Virus record (IMG/VR): IMGVR_UViG_3300028906_000004
Span: 759 to 64,758 of that record
Strand: one strand, 5' to 3'
Origin: a virus
Taxonomy: Duplodnaviria; Caudoviricetes
DNA length: 64,000 nt
How positions within the stretch are numbered: the first letter of the stretch is position 1; the number at the start of each line of letters is the position of its first letter. Made by a program: the position numbers and the translations under genes. The notes under the pieces are model-generated. The model was not told the origin of the DNA, searched no databases, and was given only the letters and a program-made list of their open reading frames with translations. Positions 47,687 through 56,263 of the stretch are shown one piece after another.

Positions 47687-47893
47687 TCATGGTCTGGCTT
47701 TGAGAGATACTCTGTAAACACCGGCTCCTAGGTGTTTAGTAGCTATATCATACAACTCTCCCCGAGCCATAACCATGCCGCCGGTTTCCAAGAGCATTTC
47801 CTTTAGCTCCCTGCGAGACATAGTTGTGTTGCCGCTGGGCAGACTTGCAAGAAAATTGAGTTGACGAGTTGTTTCTGGTGTCATGTCAATCAA
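47687..47893 (-). CDS. hypothetical protein
   Basis: 68-aa ORF, the last sizeable gene of the antisense cassette. Confidence 0.55.
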   Translation of the reverse strand: MIDMTPETTRQLNFLASLPSGNTTMSRRELKEMLLETGGMVMARGELYDIATKHLGAGVYRVSLKARP

Positions 47894-48153
47894 CCGCGAA
47901 CTGGTTTTCGTCTTTGTAGAGCCTACCTGTTATCGGTGACGCTTTCCAGCCTTCTTTCCAAGCCTTCTCGAATTTAGTGGCAGCAGTCTTGGACATGATA
48001 TAGGCCTTCTCGCGATGCGAGTAACGCTCGTTGGAGAATCTGCCGGCTAGGCACATAGCTCGCGTTTTCATCCAATTGTTGGGGTAGGAAGCGCAGTGAA
48101 CCGCCATCATGTTCTTGGCATAGCGAGCTGGTTTGATAGTGTAGCCCGGTTCG

Positions 48154-48360
48154 TCAGTCATGGTGGGCGTCTCCGTCGATAGTGTTGGAACGTAGGTCAG
48201 CGACGTACTTGACGAGGGCGTTGTAGACGGCGGGCTCAAGAAAGACGACGTGGTCGTCGTTCTCTCGCGGTGCTCGCAACCGAATTTGGAAGCCGTCGAA
48301 AGAACAATAGAGACCGTCTCCGAGATAGGTTTCGTCACGTCCGATTGGCGCTCTGCTCAT
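48154..48360 (-). CDS. small phage protein (YLGDG motif)
   Basis: MSRAPIGRDETYLGDGLYCSFDGFQIRL...FLEPAVYNAL; coupled ATGA overlap. Confidence 0.65.
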   Translation of the reverse strand: MSRAPIGRDETYLGDGLYCSFDGFQIRLRAPRENDDHVVFLEPAVYNALVKYVADLRSNTIDGDAHHD

Positions 48361-48863
48361 AACACTTGCTCCGTTTCTCGCAGCCATTGCAGCGACTTCA
48401 CTGCCTTGGCGTTCCAGATTACACCGGAGGCGCAGTCCCAGCCGTAGTACCAGAAAGTATGCAGACGGCGATTCCATAGATAGGGTGAGACAATGATCCC
48501 GTCGTGTTTCTTTGCTACCTGTATCCAATTGATGTAGTATCTCTTTTCGTGGTGGGACTTCATGGAGCCAGATATAAGACCTCGCTGAAACGGGTAGTCT
48601 GCTCCGTACTGCTCAGTGAACTGATCCAATTCCTCGTCTGAAGCTATGCGCAGAATTTTGGCACTGTCTGACAGCTCTACTCTCGTGGCGTATTGCAGGC
48701 CGGCGAGGTTGAAGTTTTCCGACAGGCACCACTCTTTCCAGGCAGTGTCTACGGAAAGCCACAAGCCGTTAGGCTTTCCGATTCTGTCGGTTTCCTTCTG
48801 CTGCACGACGCTGCGAACGGACGTGAGAGGCCTTACTCCATAGTGAATTAGTCCCTCATTCAT
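48357..48863 (-). CDS. hypothetical protein (KPxGLWxS / WDCxS family)
   Basis: LIHYG, GKPNGLWLSVDTAWKEWC, YYGWDCASGVIWN. Confidence 0.65.
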   Translation of the reverse strand: MNEGLIHYGVRPLTSVRSVVQQKETDRIGKPNGLWLSVDTAWKEWCLSENFNLAGLQYATRVELSDSAKILRIASDEELDQFTEQYGADYPFQRGLISGSMKSHHEKRYYINWIQVAKKHDGIIVSPYLWNRRLHTFWYYGWDCASGVIWNAKAVKSLQWLRETEQVL

Positions 48864-49300
48864 GACGCTTTGCTCCTGAAGCTGAAGTTGCCGCGATTGA
48901 TTTCCCACGTCTTGTCGTCCTCGCATAGGTTGAAGGCGGCATGACGCTCGATTGCCGAGAGAATTAATGCGGCCTGCGTATCTTCCCAGTCGTCGTTCTC
49001 GCAGGATTGGTAGTCGAGACAGTAGCAGGCACGGACGACTTGCTTAGAGGCGGCTTTGGTAGCGAAGAGGTTGAACGGCGTGTAGGCGTAATCCGCGCCG
49101 TCATTGCCGAAGTCCTCCTTGTAGCGGCGGCGGACGGACCTGATGTTCTCGGCGTAGAGAATGCGGCCGACTTCAGTGGCGTTATGAGCTATTATCTGAA
49201 TACTCTGTTTCTGCTCGCGGTCGTAGTACCAGAGGTGCTGATTGATAGCGTAAGTGATCAGGGCGTCGATATGGTCGTGGCTGACGATGAAGGCGGACAT
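48860..49300 (-). CDS. hypothetical phage protein
   Basis: MSAFIVSHDHIDAL...GRILYAENIRSV..RY...CLDYQSCE; GGAG SD. Confidence 0.7.
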   Translation of the reverse strand: MSAFIVSHDHIDALITYAINQHLWYYDREQKQSIQIIAHNATEVGRILYAENIRSVRRRYKEDFGNDGADYAYTPFNLFATKAASKQVVRACYCLDYQSCENDDWEDTQAALILSAIERHAAFNLCEDDKTWEINRGNFSFRSKAS

Positions 49301-49303
49301 TGG

Positions 49304-49717
49304 CTAGCTCCTGTACTTGGCTTGGAGACTAGACAGTTCAGCCCGCTCCGTTCGCTCGGTGAAGTTGGTAATAGCGTCTTGCAGAGTGTCAAGCTGGCCT
49401 GAAGTAAGAACCCAAGCGCCAAGAACCTTCTCGACATCGCTGTAGGTGAAAGCTGGATCGCCGTAGTGCGGGTGGTGGTGGCATTGGGCCAGGAAGTCGC
49501 GGCGCGCTACTAGCGAGCCGAATTGAACGTCGTAGAAGCCTGCCTGATTGAAGTGTGCTATATGGCCAAAGCACATGCTAAGCCTCTTGTAGAACCACTT
49601 GTGAAAGAGCGTTTGCTTGAATCCGTTCTCAACGAAACGAACGAAGTGGTTGGCGAACTTGGCTTTGTCCTCGGCAGTGTCCCACTGAGTAGGCGTGAAC
49701 TGGCTGGCGGTGAACAT
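49304..49717 (-). CDS. hypothetical phage protein
   Basis: FTPTQWDTAEDKAKFANHF...YKRLSMCFGHIAHFN. Confidence 0.7.
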   Translation of the reverse strand: MFTASQFTPTQWDTAEDKAKFANHFVRFVENGFKQTLFHKWFYKRLSMCFGHIAHFNQAGFYDVQFGSLVARRDFLAQCHHHPHYGDPAFTYSDVEKVLGAWVLTSGQLDTLQDAITNFTERTERAELSSLQAKYRS

Positions 49718-49873
49718 CAGGGCGTTTCCTTTGTTACGGTGACGCGGTAGTCGTGGCCGCGATGGTGGACGAGGAAAGAGGTGTCGGTTTCTGCTTTTTC
49801 GTGCGGAACAACTCTGGAACTGACGCTAAGGCATTCCCAGACTTCTTCGGCGACGACGGCTTCCATTTCTTGC

Positions 49874-50776
49874 TTAGTCACTGACGGCCTCCTCGGGTTG
49901 GTTGCGTTTCATCAGGTAGTCGGCGGCTCGCTGCGCCTTGGAAGCGGCAGAGAAGAAGGCACGGCTATCGTCTTTGAACAGCTTGATCCAGTTAGCGATG
50001 TAGGGTGCATGTTGAAGAGAGCCGTCAAAGTTGAACTCGGCGCAGAGGTAGGCAGAGGTAAGCTCAGCAACCAGTTCCTCAGCAGCGTATTCAGGTGTAC
50101 CGAAGAAACCCTTCATTTCGCGGTTCAGTCTGTCCTTATGTCCTGTCCAGTGGCCAAGCTCGTGAAAAGTAGTGGCGTAGAAGTTGTCCGCTGATTTGAA
50201 GTTCGTGAACGGCGGCATGTGAATCTTATCGATGCCGGGATAGTAGCAGGCTCGATCGCCGTGCGGGGTTTCTTCGAGTACGACACCAGTTTCATGGACG
50301 AATGTCTCTACCTCTGGATCACGCTTGTCGTGGTTGCGAACCTTCGGCTCGACTGTCTCAGTGAGCTTTGTTGGCAGGTTGTCGCACTGGCTTACGTTAA
50401 ACACCGTGAAGGCGCGAAGGAAGCTGATAGACTTCTTGTCGTCAGGGTTGTCCGACTTCTTGTCGGCGACGAGGATTTTCTTGACGAGGTAGACCTCGGT
50501 GCCCTTCTCGCCCTTGCGGACATGGCCGCCGGAATCCTTGGCCTGCTTGAAGGTGAGATAACGGGGCAGAGTCCAGCCGTGCTCTTCAGAGGCAATCCAG
50601 AGGAAGAGGACGTTGCCGCCGCTATAGGGACGCCGCGTAACGGCGTTCATGGGTTGATTGAGACCGGGCGTACGCGACCACGGCTTAACCCAAGGGACGG
50701 TGCCCTTGGCAAGCTCGGCGGCGATCCGCTCGGAGACTTCCTTATGCAGATCGCGATAGTCAGTGCGGTTGGACAT
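49874..50776 (-). CDS. ardC: ArdC-family anti-restriction protein (ssDNA-binding domain + zincin)
   Basis: KGTVPWVKPW, YSGGNV, YLTFKQA...GGHVRKGEKG, VFNVSQC, TTFHELGHWTGH, YAAEELVAE. Confidence 0.92.
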   Translation of the reverse strand: MSNRTDYRDLHKEVSERIAAELAKGTVPWVKPWSRTPGLNQPMNAVTRRPYSGGNVLFLWIASEEHGWTLPRYLTFKQAKDSGGHVRKGEKGTEVYLVKKILVADKKSDNPDDKKSISFLRAFTVFNVSQCDNLPTKLTETVEPKVRNHDKRDPEVETFVHETGVVLEETPHGDRACYYPGIDKIHMPPFTNFKSADNFYATTFHELGHWTGHKDRLNREMKGFFGTPEYAAEELVAELTSAYLCAEFNFDGSLQHAPYIANWIKLFKDDSRAFFSAASKAQRAADYLMKRNQPEEAVSD

Positions 50777-50944
50777 AATAGGCTCCTCAGTTTGGAACTC
50801 AGTTTAACGAATCATTCCGCTGCAGTGAGCCGCCGAAACGGCTCACGACGCCAGAATGAGGCTATATGTACCAGTCCCACTTTGCGGGTCATGGTGCCCT
50901 CGGGTTTGGAACTGTCTTGGTGTCCTAGATGTATGACAGGCGGT

Positions 50945-50960
50945 GATTTTGTCAAGGGTG
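50945..50960 (-). promoter_or_regulatory. candidate sigma70 promoter (-35 TTGACA) driving the ardC cassette
   Basis: The minus strand reads TTGACA-aaatcaccgcctgtca-TACATCT in the divergent gap between ardC and the exonuclease; the coordinates mark the approximate -35 region. Confidence 0.4.
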
Positions 50961-50974
50961 GGGGTGGAGGGTAA

Positions 50975-51541
50975 ATGAGTGGGTATTTAATCCTAGACAC
51001 GGAGACAACGTCCTTGCTCGATTTCCGCAGGCCGCCGGAGGCTCCAGGACAGCCCAGGATGGCGGCTGTAGCGATGATTTTTCTGGGGGCTCAGCGACAG
51101 TGGGAGTTCGAATGGGCCTGCTACGTACAGCCGGAAGGCTGGGAAATGAACCACGACGCAGGGGCGGTAAACGGCCTGACGACGGACAGGCTGAGGATCG
51201 AGGGTTTGCCGGTATGGGTGCCGCTGCTGCTGTTCGCTGAAGGGGTACGGCAGGGGCGAACGGTGGTGGCGCATAACAGCGAGTTCGACTTGGCGATAAT
51301 GCGTGGCGAGCTTCGGCGAAGAGGGCAAGACCTCGAAGAAATCAGAAGCTTTTGCACGATGAATGCCTCGACTCCTGTCTGTAAACTGCCTGGACGCAAG
51401 GGTTACAAATGGCCGAAGCTTAGTGAGGCCTATGAGTACTTCTTTGACAAACCTGTAGAAAACGCGCACAGTGCGCTGAGTGACGCGCGGGCTTGCTGGC
51501 AGATTTTTGAGAAGTTAACACAACTTCACGTCGCAGCCTGA
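50975..51541 (+). CDS. DEDDh 3'-5' exonuclease (DnaQ-like)
   Basis: ILDTETT, VAHNSEFD, AHSALSDARAC. Confidence 0.9.
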   Translation: MSGYLILDTETTSLLDFRRPPEAPGQPRMAAVAMIFLGAQRQWEFEWACYVQPEGWEMNHDAGAVNGLTTDRLRIEGLPVWVPLLLFAEGVRQGRTVVAHNSEFDLAIMRGELRRRGQDLEEIRSFCTMNASTPVCKLPGRKGYKWPKLSEAYEYFFDKPVENAHSALSDARACWQIFEKLTQLHVAA

Positions 51542-51597
51542 TCAGTTCCAAACCCCGTTCCAAATAACTGGACTCTCGACTGAGAGGGCGCGGAACC

Positions 51598-53220
51598 ATG
51601 CTGCTTTACGACAAAGCCGATATCGAGCTGACGCGGGACGCTGACGGAAAGCCGCGCCGCACCAAAGACGGCTATCTGACATTTTCAGCACGAGCAGCAA
51701 GAACTGGTATTCAGATTTATAAAGGGAAGGAATTAGGTAGACCCGACCTTGGTGAGGTAGCTGTCTATAGGCCGCCGGAGGAAGTGTTCAACAAGGATGC
51801 AATGCGGTCGATGGCGCATAAGCCGCTGACGCTGCACCACCCTCCTGAAGCTGTAACTGACAGCAACTGGAAGAAGTACGCCATTGGGCATTCGGGGGAC
51901 GAGGTAGTTCGCGACGGGGATTTTATCAGAATACCTATGGTCGTCATGGACGGCGACGCCATTCGGAAAATAGAGAGCGGCGAGTGCAAGCAGCTTAGCG
52001 TTGGATACTCGACGGACTTGAAGTGGGGGAAGGGAAAGACTGCGGACGGGCTGCTGTACGACGCAGTACAGACGGACATTCGCGGCAATCACCATGCGGC
52101 GGTGCCGACAGCGCGCGGCGGAGACGTTCTCTGCATAGGTGACGCTAAGACTTGTTCCAACTGCGGAACGACGTTACCAGCAAGTAACCCTTCATTTGTG
52201 CAGAGCTGCCCTAGCTGCGGCATGCGGCAGACGAGTGATGCGGGGGACGATTACGACGATGATTGCCCCGAGTGCGGAGAAGAGTGGGACGACGACGATA
52301 AGTTCTGCAGCAACTGCGGCCGCAAGCGAATGACGGACGATGCGGTGGGGTTTTATTGGGACAGAGAGTTCTCGGAAGAGCAGCGCAAAGATCTGGCCAA
52401 GAGCGGTGCGGCAATGCCGGGGGGCAGTTTTCCTATCAGCAACACCAGTGACTTGCGCAACGCCGTGAAAGCGGTGGGACGGGCTAAGGACTACGCAGCG
52501 GCCAAGGCTCATATTATCAGTAGAGCCAAGGCTCTGGGGGCTACATCTGAATTACCCGACGACTGGGTTAAGTCGACCAAGGACTCACTCAACGGAGATG
52601 TAACGATGTCTACTACTCTTGTGATCGACGGCATCCCCGTCGAGTTTGTTAATGACGTTGGTGCCAAGGTTGTGCAGAAGCAGATTTCAGCTCTGCAGAA
52701 GCAGGTGGCAGACGCCAAGGAGAAGGCCGACAAGGACGAGGCCGACGATATCGAGGAGAAGCGCAAGAGAGAGAAGATGGAGACGGACGCCAAGGTGGCG
52801 ATGGATGCAGCGGCCGGCAAGATTGCCGCTCTGGAGAAGCAGGTGAAGGACGCCGAAGTCACGCCTGAAATTCTCGACAAGTTGGTGAAGGACCGCATGA
52901 CGGTTATCGGGAAGGCAAGCTTGGTACTCGATGCCAAGACGTTCAAGATGGACGGCATGAAGGTCGAGGACATCCGGCGCGAGGTCGTGTCGAAGAAGTT
53001 CGGCGATGCGTTCGTTAAGGATCGCAGCGACGCCTATGTCGAAGCCGTCTTCGACACCATCGAGGCGGGGAAAGGCGGTGGGGGTGCCCGTGATATCGCC
53101 GACGCTCTTAGTCGTCCTGGATACCGGGACGGAACGGCCGTCAAGGCCAATGATGCGGCCTACGAAGAGATGGTGAGGGAAAAGCAAAACGCCTGGAAGC
53201 CGAAGACTGCAGCGGCCTAA
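51598..53220 (+). CDS. DUF2213-type prohead protease/scaffold with inserted Zn ribbons and a DUF6582-like module
   Basis: DGYL...ARTGIQIY...YRPPEEVF, LTLHHP, QLSVGY, IRGNHHAAVPTARGG; CxxC pairs; GSFPISNTSDLRNAVKAVGR. Confidence 0.88.
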   Translation: MLLYDKADIELTRDADGKPRRTKDGYLTFSARAARTGIQIYKGKELGRPDLGEVAVYRPPEEVFNKDAMRSMAHKPLTLHHPPEAVTDSNWKKYAIGHSGDEVVRDGDFIRIPMVVMDGDAIRKIESGECKQLSVGYSTDLKWGKGKTADGLLYDAVQTDIRGNHHAAVPTARGGDVLCIGDAKTCSNCGTTLPASNPSFVQSCPSCGMRQTSDAGDDYDDDCPECGEEWDDDDKFCSNCGRKRMTDDAVGFYWDREFSEEQRKDLAKSGAAMPGGSFPISNTSDLRNAVKAVGRAKDYAAAKAHIISRAKALGATSELPDDWVKSTKDSLNGDVTMSTTLVIDGIPVEFVNDVGAKVVQKQISALQKQVADAKEKADKDEADDIEEKRKREKMETDAKVAMDAAAGKIAALEKQVKDAEVTPEILDKLVKDRMTVIGKASLVLDAKTFKMDGMKVEDIRREVVSKKFGDAFVKDRSDAYVEAVFDTIEAGKGGGGARDIADALSRPGYRDGTAVKANDAAYEEMVREKQNAWKPKTAAA

Positions 53221-53262
53221 AGCCGTCTGCTGATGTTTCAACGCAGCAGAAGGAGAAATTAG

Positions 53263-53778
53263 ATGCTGCAATCACAACCTGTTCAGACTACCTTTAACCG
53301 CTACCTGACGCCTGCTCATGCCGGTATGGTGGCGACCACGAGCGGATGGGATGCCGATACCGGCATCGCGGAAGCGGCATCGCCGAATGGTATCGGCTTT
53401 GGACTCGCAGTCAGCTACAGCGGCATTACGGATCGGGGCTGCGTTCTCGGACAACTGAGCGGACGCGAGTTCTGGGGCATTACCATGTCCGATCCGACGC
53501 TGGCGAACATCAGCGTTAACCCCGGATTTACCGACCTCTATCAGGAAGGCGAGAACGTCGGCGTCTTCGTGCGAGGGGATATCTGGGTGCTGCCGCTAGG
53601 CAATGTGACGTTCGGCGACGCTGTCTACTTTGACAGTGTTACGGGGCAGCTGGGGGATTCAGGCATCGCCAATGCAGTGGCGCTGCAGAATGCACGGTGG
53701 ATGACTTCCATTCCCGATAAGGACGTGCATGTGCCCAACCTGTTTGCCATCGTTCGGCTGGGCGCTTCGGCGCAGTAG
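53263..53778 (+). CDS. capsid decoration/cement protein
   Basis: Lies between protease and MCP; AHAGMVA, GFGLAV, VRGDIWV. Confidence 0.75.
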   Translation: MLQSQPVQTTFNRYLTPAHAGMVATTSGWDADTGIAEAASPNGIGFGLAVSYSGITDRGCVLGQLSGREFWGITMSDPTLANISVNPGFTDLYQEGENVGVFVRGDIWVLPLGNVTFGDAVYFDSVTGQLGDSGIANAVALQNARWMTSIPDKDVHVPNLFAIVRLGASAQ

Positions 53779-53875
53779 AGTTTTTATATCAGTTCGTCGG
53801 GGGCCAGTCCCCCGGCTTGTTCCAAAAAATGCGGAAAGGCCTCCCAACGGCCTATTGGAACAAGGAGTTTGACCA

Positions 53876-54847
53876 ATGCGCATTCAACTCGGAGACTCCC
53901 AACAGGCGTTGGGATTCCTGATTCAGCAGACGACTTTCATCGAGGCGGAAGTCTACAAGATCCAGTACCCCGAGATCATCTATCAGCAGCTGATCCCGAT
54001 TGATACTTCGGCCAACGAGTGGTCGAAGAGCGTTACCTACTTCAGCATGGATAAGCTGGCGAAGGCCGACTGGTTCGACGGCCAGGCCACCGACATGCGG
54101 TTTGCCGACATCAACCGCACCAAGTTCGAGCAGGGCATCGAAATGGCCGGCATCGGCTACCGGTACACCTTGGAAGAAATCGGCCAGGCGATGATGATCC
54201 CTGGACTGAACTTGACGGCTGAGCGGGCAGAGTCGGCACGCTTCGCCTACGAGCAGTTCATGGATCGGCTGGCCTACTTTGGCAGTGTGTCCAAGAACTT
54301 CAGCGGACTGTTCAACAACCCCAACGTCACTATTGTCTCGGCTATCGCGGACGGCACCGGCAGTAGCGCACTCTGGACGGCGAAGACGGCGGATCAGATG
54401 ATCCGCGATATCAACATCACCGGACTGACCGGGGTGTATGAAGGGTCGAACACCGTCGAGATTGCCGATACCGTCCTGCTGCCGATTGACGCTCTGAGTC
54501 AGCTGGCCAATACGCGGGTGCCCAACACCTTCGGCAATGCGTTGGACTATATCGCCAAGTACAATCTGTATACTTATCTGACTGGTGCGCCGCTTACTAT
54601 TCGTGGTGTCCTTGGTCTGGGTACCGCTGGTGTTGGCGGTGTCGGGCGAATGGTTTGCTATCGGAAGAACGACAGGTGCCTGAAACTGCATGTACCGATG
54701 GTACATAGGTTCCTGCCCGTGTGGCAGACTGGGCCTATCACGTTCGATATCCCTGGGATTTTCCGTACTGGAAGCGTCGAAGTCCGTATTCCGGGGTCCA
54801 TGCGCTACGTTGACGGCATCACGCCAGCATCGCCGGCAACGCCGTAA
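53876..54847 (+). CDS. major capsid protein (DUF2184/HK97 fold)
   Basis: FLIQQTTFIEAEVY, GIGYRYTLEEI, YFGSVSKNFSGLFNNPNV, MVCYRKN, LHVPMVHRFLP. Confidence 0.92.
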   Translation: MRIQLGDSQQALGFLIQQTTFIEAEVYKIQYPEIIYQQLIPIDTSANEWSKSVTYFSMDKLAKADWFDGQATDMRFADINRTKFEQGIEMAGIGYRYTLEEIGQAMMIPGLNLTAERAESARFAYEQFMDRLAYFGSVSKNFSGLFNNPNVTIVSAIADGTGSSALWTAKTADQMIRDINITGLTGVYEGSNTVEIADTVLLPIDALSQLANTRVPNTFGNALDYIAKYNLYTYLTGAPLTIRGVLGLGTAGVGGVGRMVCYRKNDRCLKLHVPMVHRFLPVWQTGPITFDIPGIFRTGSVEVRIPGSMRYVDGITPASPATP

Positions 54848-54852
54848 TCCCG

Positions 54853-54897
54853 TCCGCGCCGTGTCCGCTCCCACGGATAGCTGCAAAACGGCGCGGA
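54853..54897 (+). terminator. stem-loop after the MCP gene (terminator or mRNA stabiliser)
   Basis: 10-bp stem TCCGCGCCGT / ACGGCGCGGA with an inner GTCCG/CGGAT helix; U-tract weak. Confidence 0.45.
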
Positions 54898-54964
54898 TCA
54901 ACTAGGGTGCGGGTTTTACTTCTCCAAGGCGGCTCGCACTCTCTTTTCCAAAAGGTGAAAGCAG

Positions 54965-55270
54965 ATGCAACTGTACGATATCGTGAACATGAACAAGTGC
55001 CCGCGTGTCTTTCACGACGGCACCGAGGAGCAGCGCAAGATCCACCTTGATCCAGGTGAGAAAAAGCGCGGCGTCAAGCTGGCGGACTATGTCGTCAAGT
55101 TCTTCTCGACTCGAACGGACGATATCAAGATTACGCCGGCAGCGCCGGAGGAAGTGCAGCCTGAGATACGAGAGCCGCAGCTTACCCAGGTGCAGACTAA
55201 CGAGCAGAGGCAGCTTGCCGATACGCGGCAGATGAAGGCGACGCAGGAAGCACGGGCAGCAAAGAGATAG
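54965..55270 (+). CDS. hypothetical head-associated protein
   Basis: Immediately downstream of the MCP, with SD. Confidence 0.6.
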   Translation: MQLYDIVNMNKCPRVFHDGTEEQRKIHLDPGEKKRGVKLADYVVKFFSTRTDDIKITPAAPEEVQPEIREPQLTQVQTNEQRQLADTRQMKATQEARAAKR

Positions 55271-55282
55271 GGAGAGTAAGTC

Positions 55283-55564
55283 ATGTCATATTCATTTAGT
55301 GTACGTGCAGCAACTCGGGCTCAGGTAGGTGACAGGGTCTGTGAAGAACTTGACAAAGTAGTCGCTGCGCAACCCATACACTCTGCTGATAGTGGACCAG
55401 TCTTGAATGCGGCAAGCTCATTTCTTGATCTATTACCTGCCCCAAGTGATCGACAGGATTACTACATCTCAATCAGTGGTTCTGTTGGTTGGACTAATAA
55501 TAACGTCATTACTGCAGCTAGTGTTAGCGTATCTGCATCATTGGTAGCCAAAGAAAAGGTTTGA
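55283..55564 (+). CDS. hypothetical protein
   Basis: MSYSFSVRAATRAQ...; AT-richer than its neighbours. Confidence 0.6.
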   Translation: MSYSFSVRAATRAQVGDRVCEELDKVVAAQPIHSADSGPVLNAASSFLDLLPAPSDRQDYYISISGSVGWTNNNVITAASVSVSASLVAKEKV

Positions 55565-55568
55565 GAGG

Positions 55569-55904
55569 ATGCTGCAGAATTTCTCTGGATACTCCGGCGA
55601 CGACTTCCAGCAGAAGTTTAATGTTGGTGGAAGTCTGAGCGGGGTTACGGTGTTCTGGAGCCTCTACGAGCAGCTGTTCGGGGTGCCGAGTGGAAGTCCC
55701 ATTTTGGTGAAGACGAGCCAGAGTGGAGGCGGGATAGAGGTGATGAACTCGCCTCCGTCGTTTACGATTAGCTTCGAGGCTGCTGATACCAGTTCTCTGC
55801 AGGGCAACTACTACCATGAAGCCAGAGTCGTGAGTGAGAGCGGGAATATTATCACCGAGGTGCAGGGTATCCTTACCGTCAATGCGACGGAGCCGGTGCC
55901 ATGA
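55569..55904 (+). CDS. Ig-like (BppU-like) structural protein
   Basis: YSGDDFQQKF...FTISFEAADTSSLQGNYYHEARV. Confidence 0.6.
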   Translation: MLQNFSGYSGDDFQQKFNVGGSLSGVTVFWSLYEQLFGVPSGSPILVKTSQSGGGIEVMNSPPSFTISFEAADTSSLQGNYYHEARVVSESGNIITEVQGILTVNATEPVP

Positions 55905-56260
55905 GCGGTGTGACACCTGCAAGTTTGCGGCTGGTGTTCCCTGAGTTTGCGTCGATGTCCGACGCTCAGATACAATTCGCTATTGACCAGGGCGCGGGAC
56001 GGGTGGACAGCACCTGGGGTGGGGATCAGGTACTAGGCCAGACGTACTACGCCGCGCATGTCTTGAGCCTGGCGCAAAGAGCGCAGAATGACAGCGGGCA
56101 GCAAATTGCTAGCGAGAGGTTTGGGGAAATCAGCATCAGCTACAAGACGCCTCAGCAGCCGACTGCCGAGAATCCTTTCGATTTGCTGACGACTACGTTC
56201 TACGGAGCACAGTATCTTGAACTGCAGAAGCTCAACTTCCCGGCCGTGGCAGTGATATAA
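55901..56260 (+). CDS. head-tail adaptor (DUF4054-like)
   Basis: LVFPEFASMSDAQI...YYAAHVL...FGEISISY...TTFYGAQYLEL. Confidence 0.8.
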   Translation: MSGVTPASLRLVFPEFASMSDAQIQFAIDQGAGRVDSTWGGDQVLGQTYYAAHVLSLAQRAQNDSGQQIASERFGEISISYKTPQQPTAENPFDLLTTTFYGAQYLELQKLNFPAVAVI

Positions 56261-56263
56261 GCG

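Noticed and set aside
47616-47900. Immunity gene for a MuF polymorphic toxin
   Set aside because: ORFs directly downstream of MuF are on the opposite strand and belong to the ardC cassette.
53852-54901. 349-aa minus-strand ORF
   Set aside because: Antisense shadow of the major capsid gene.
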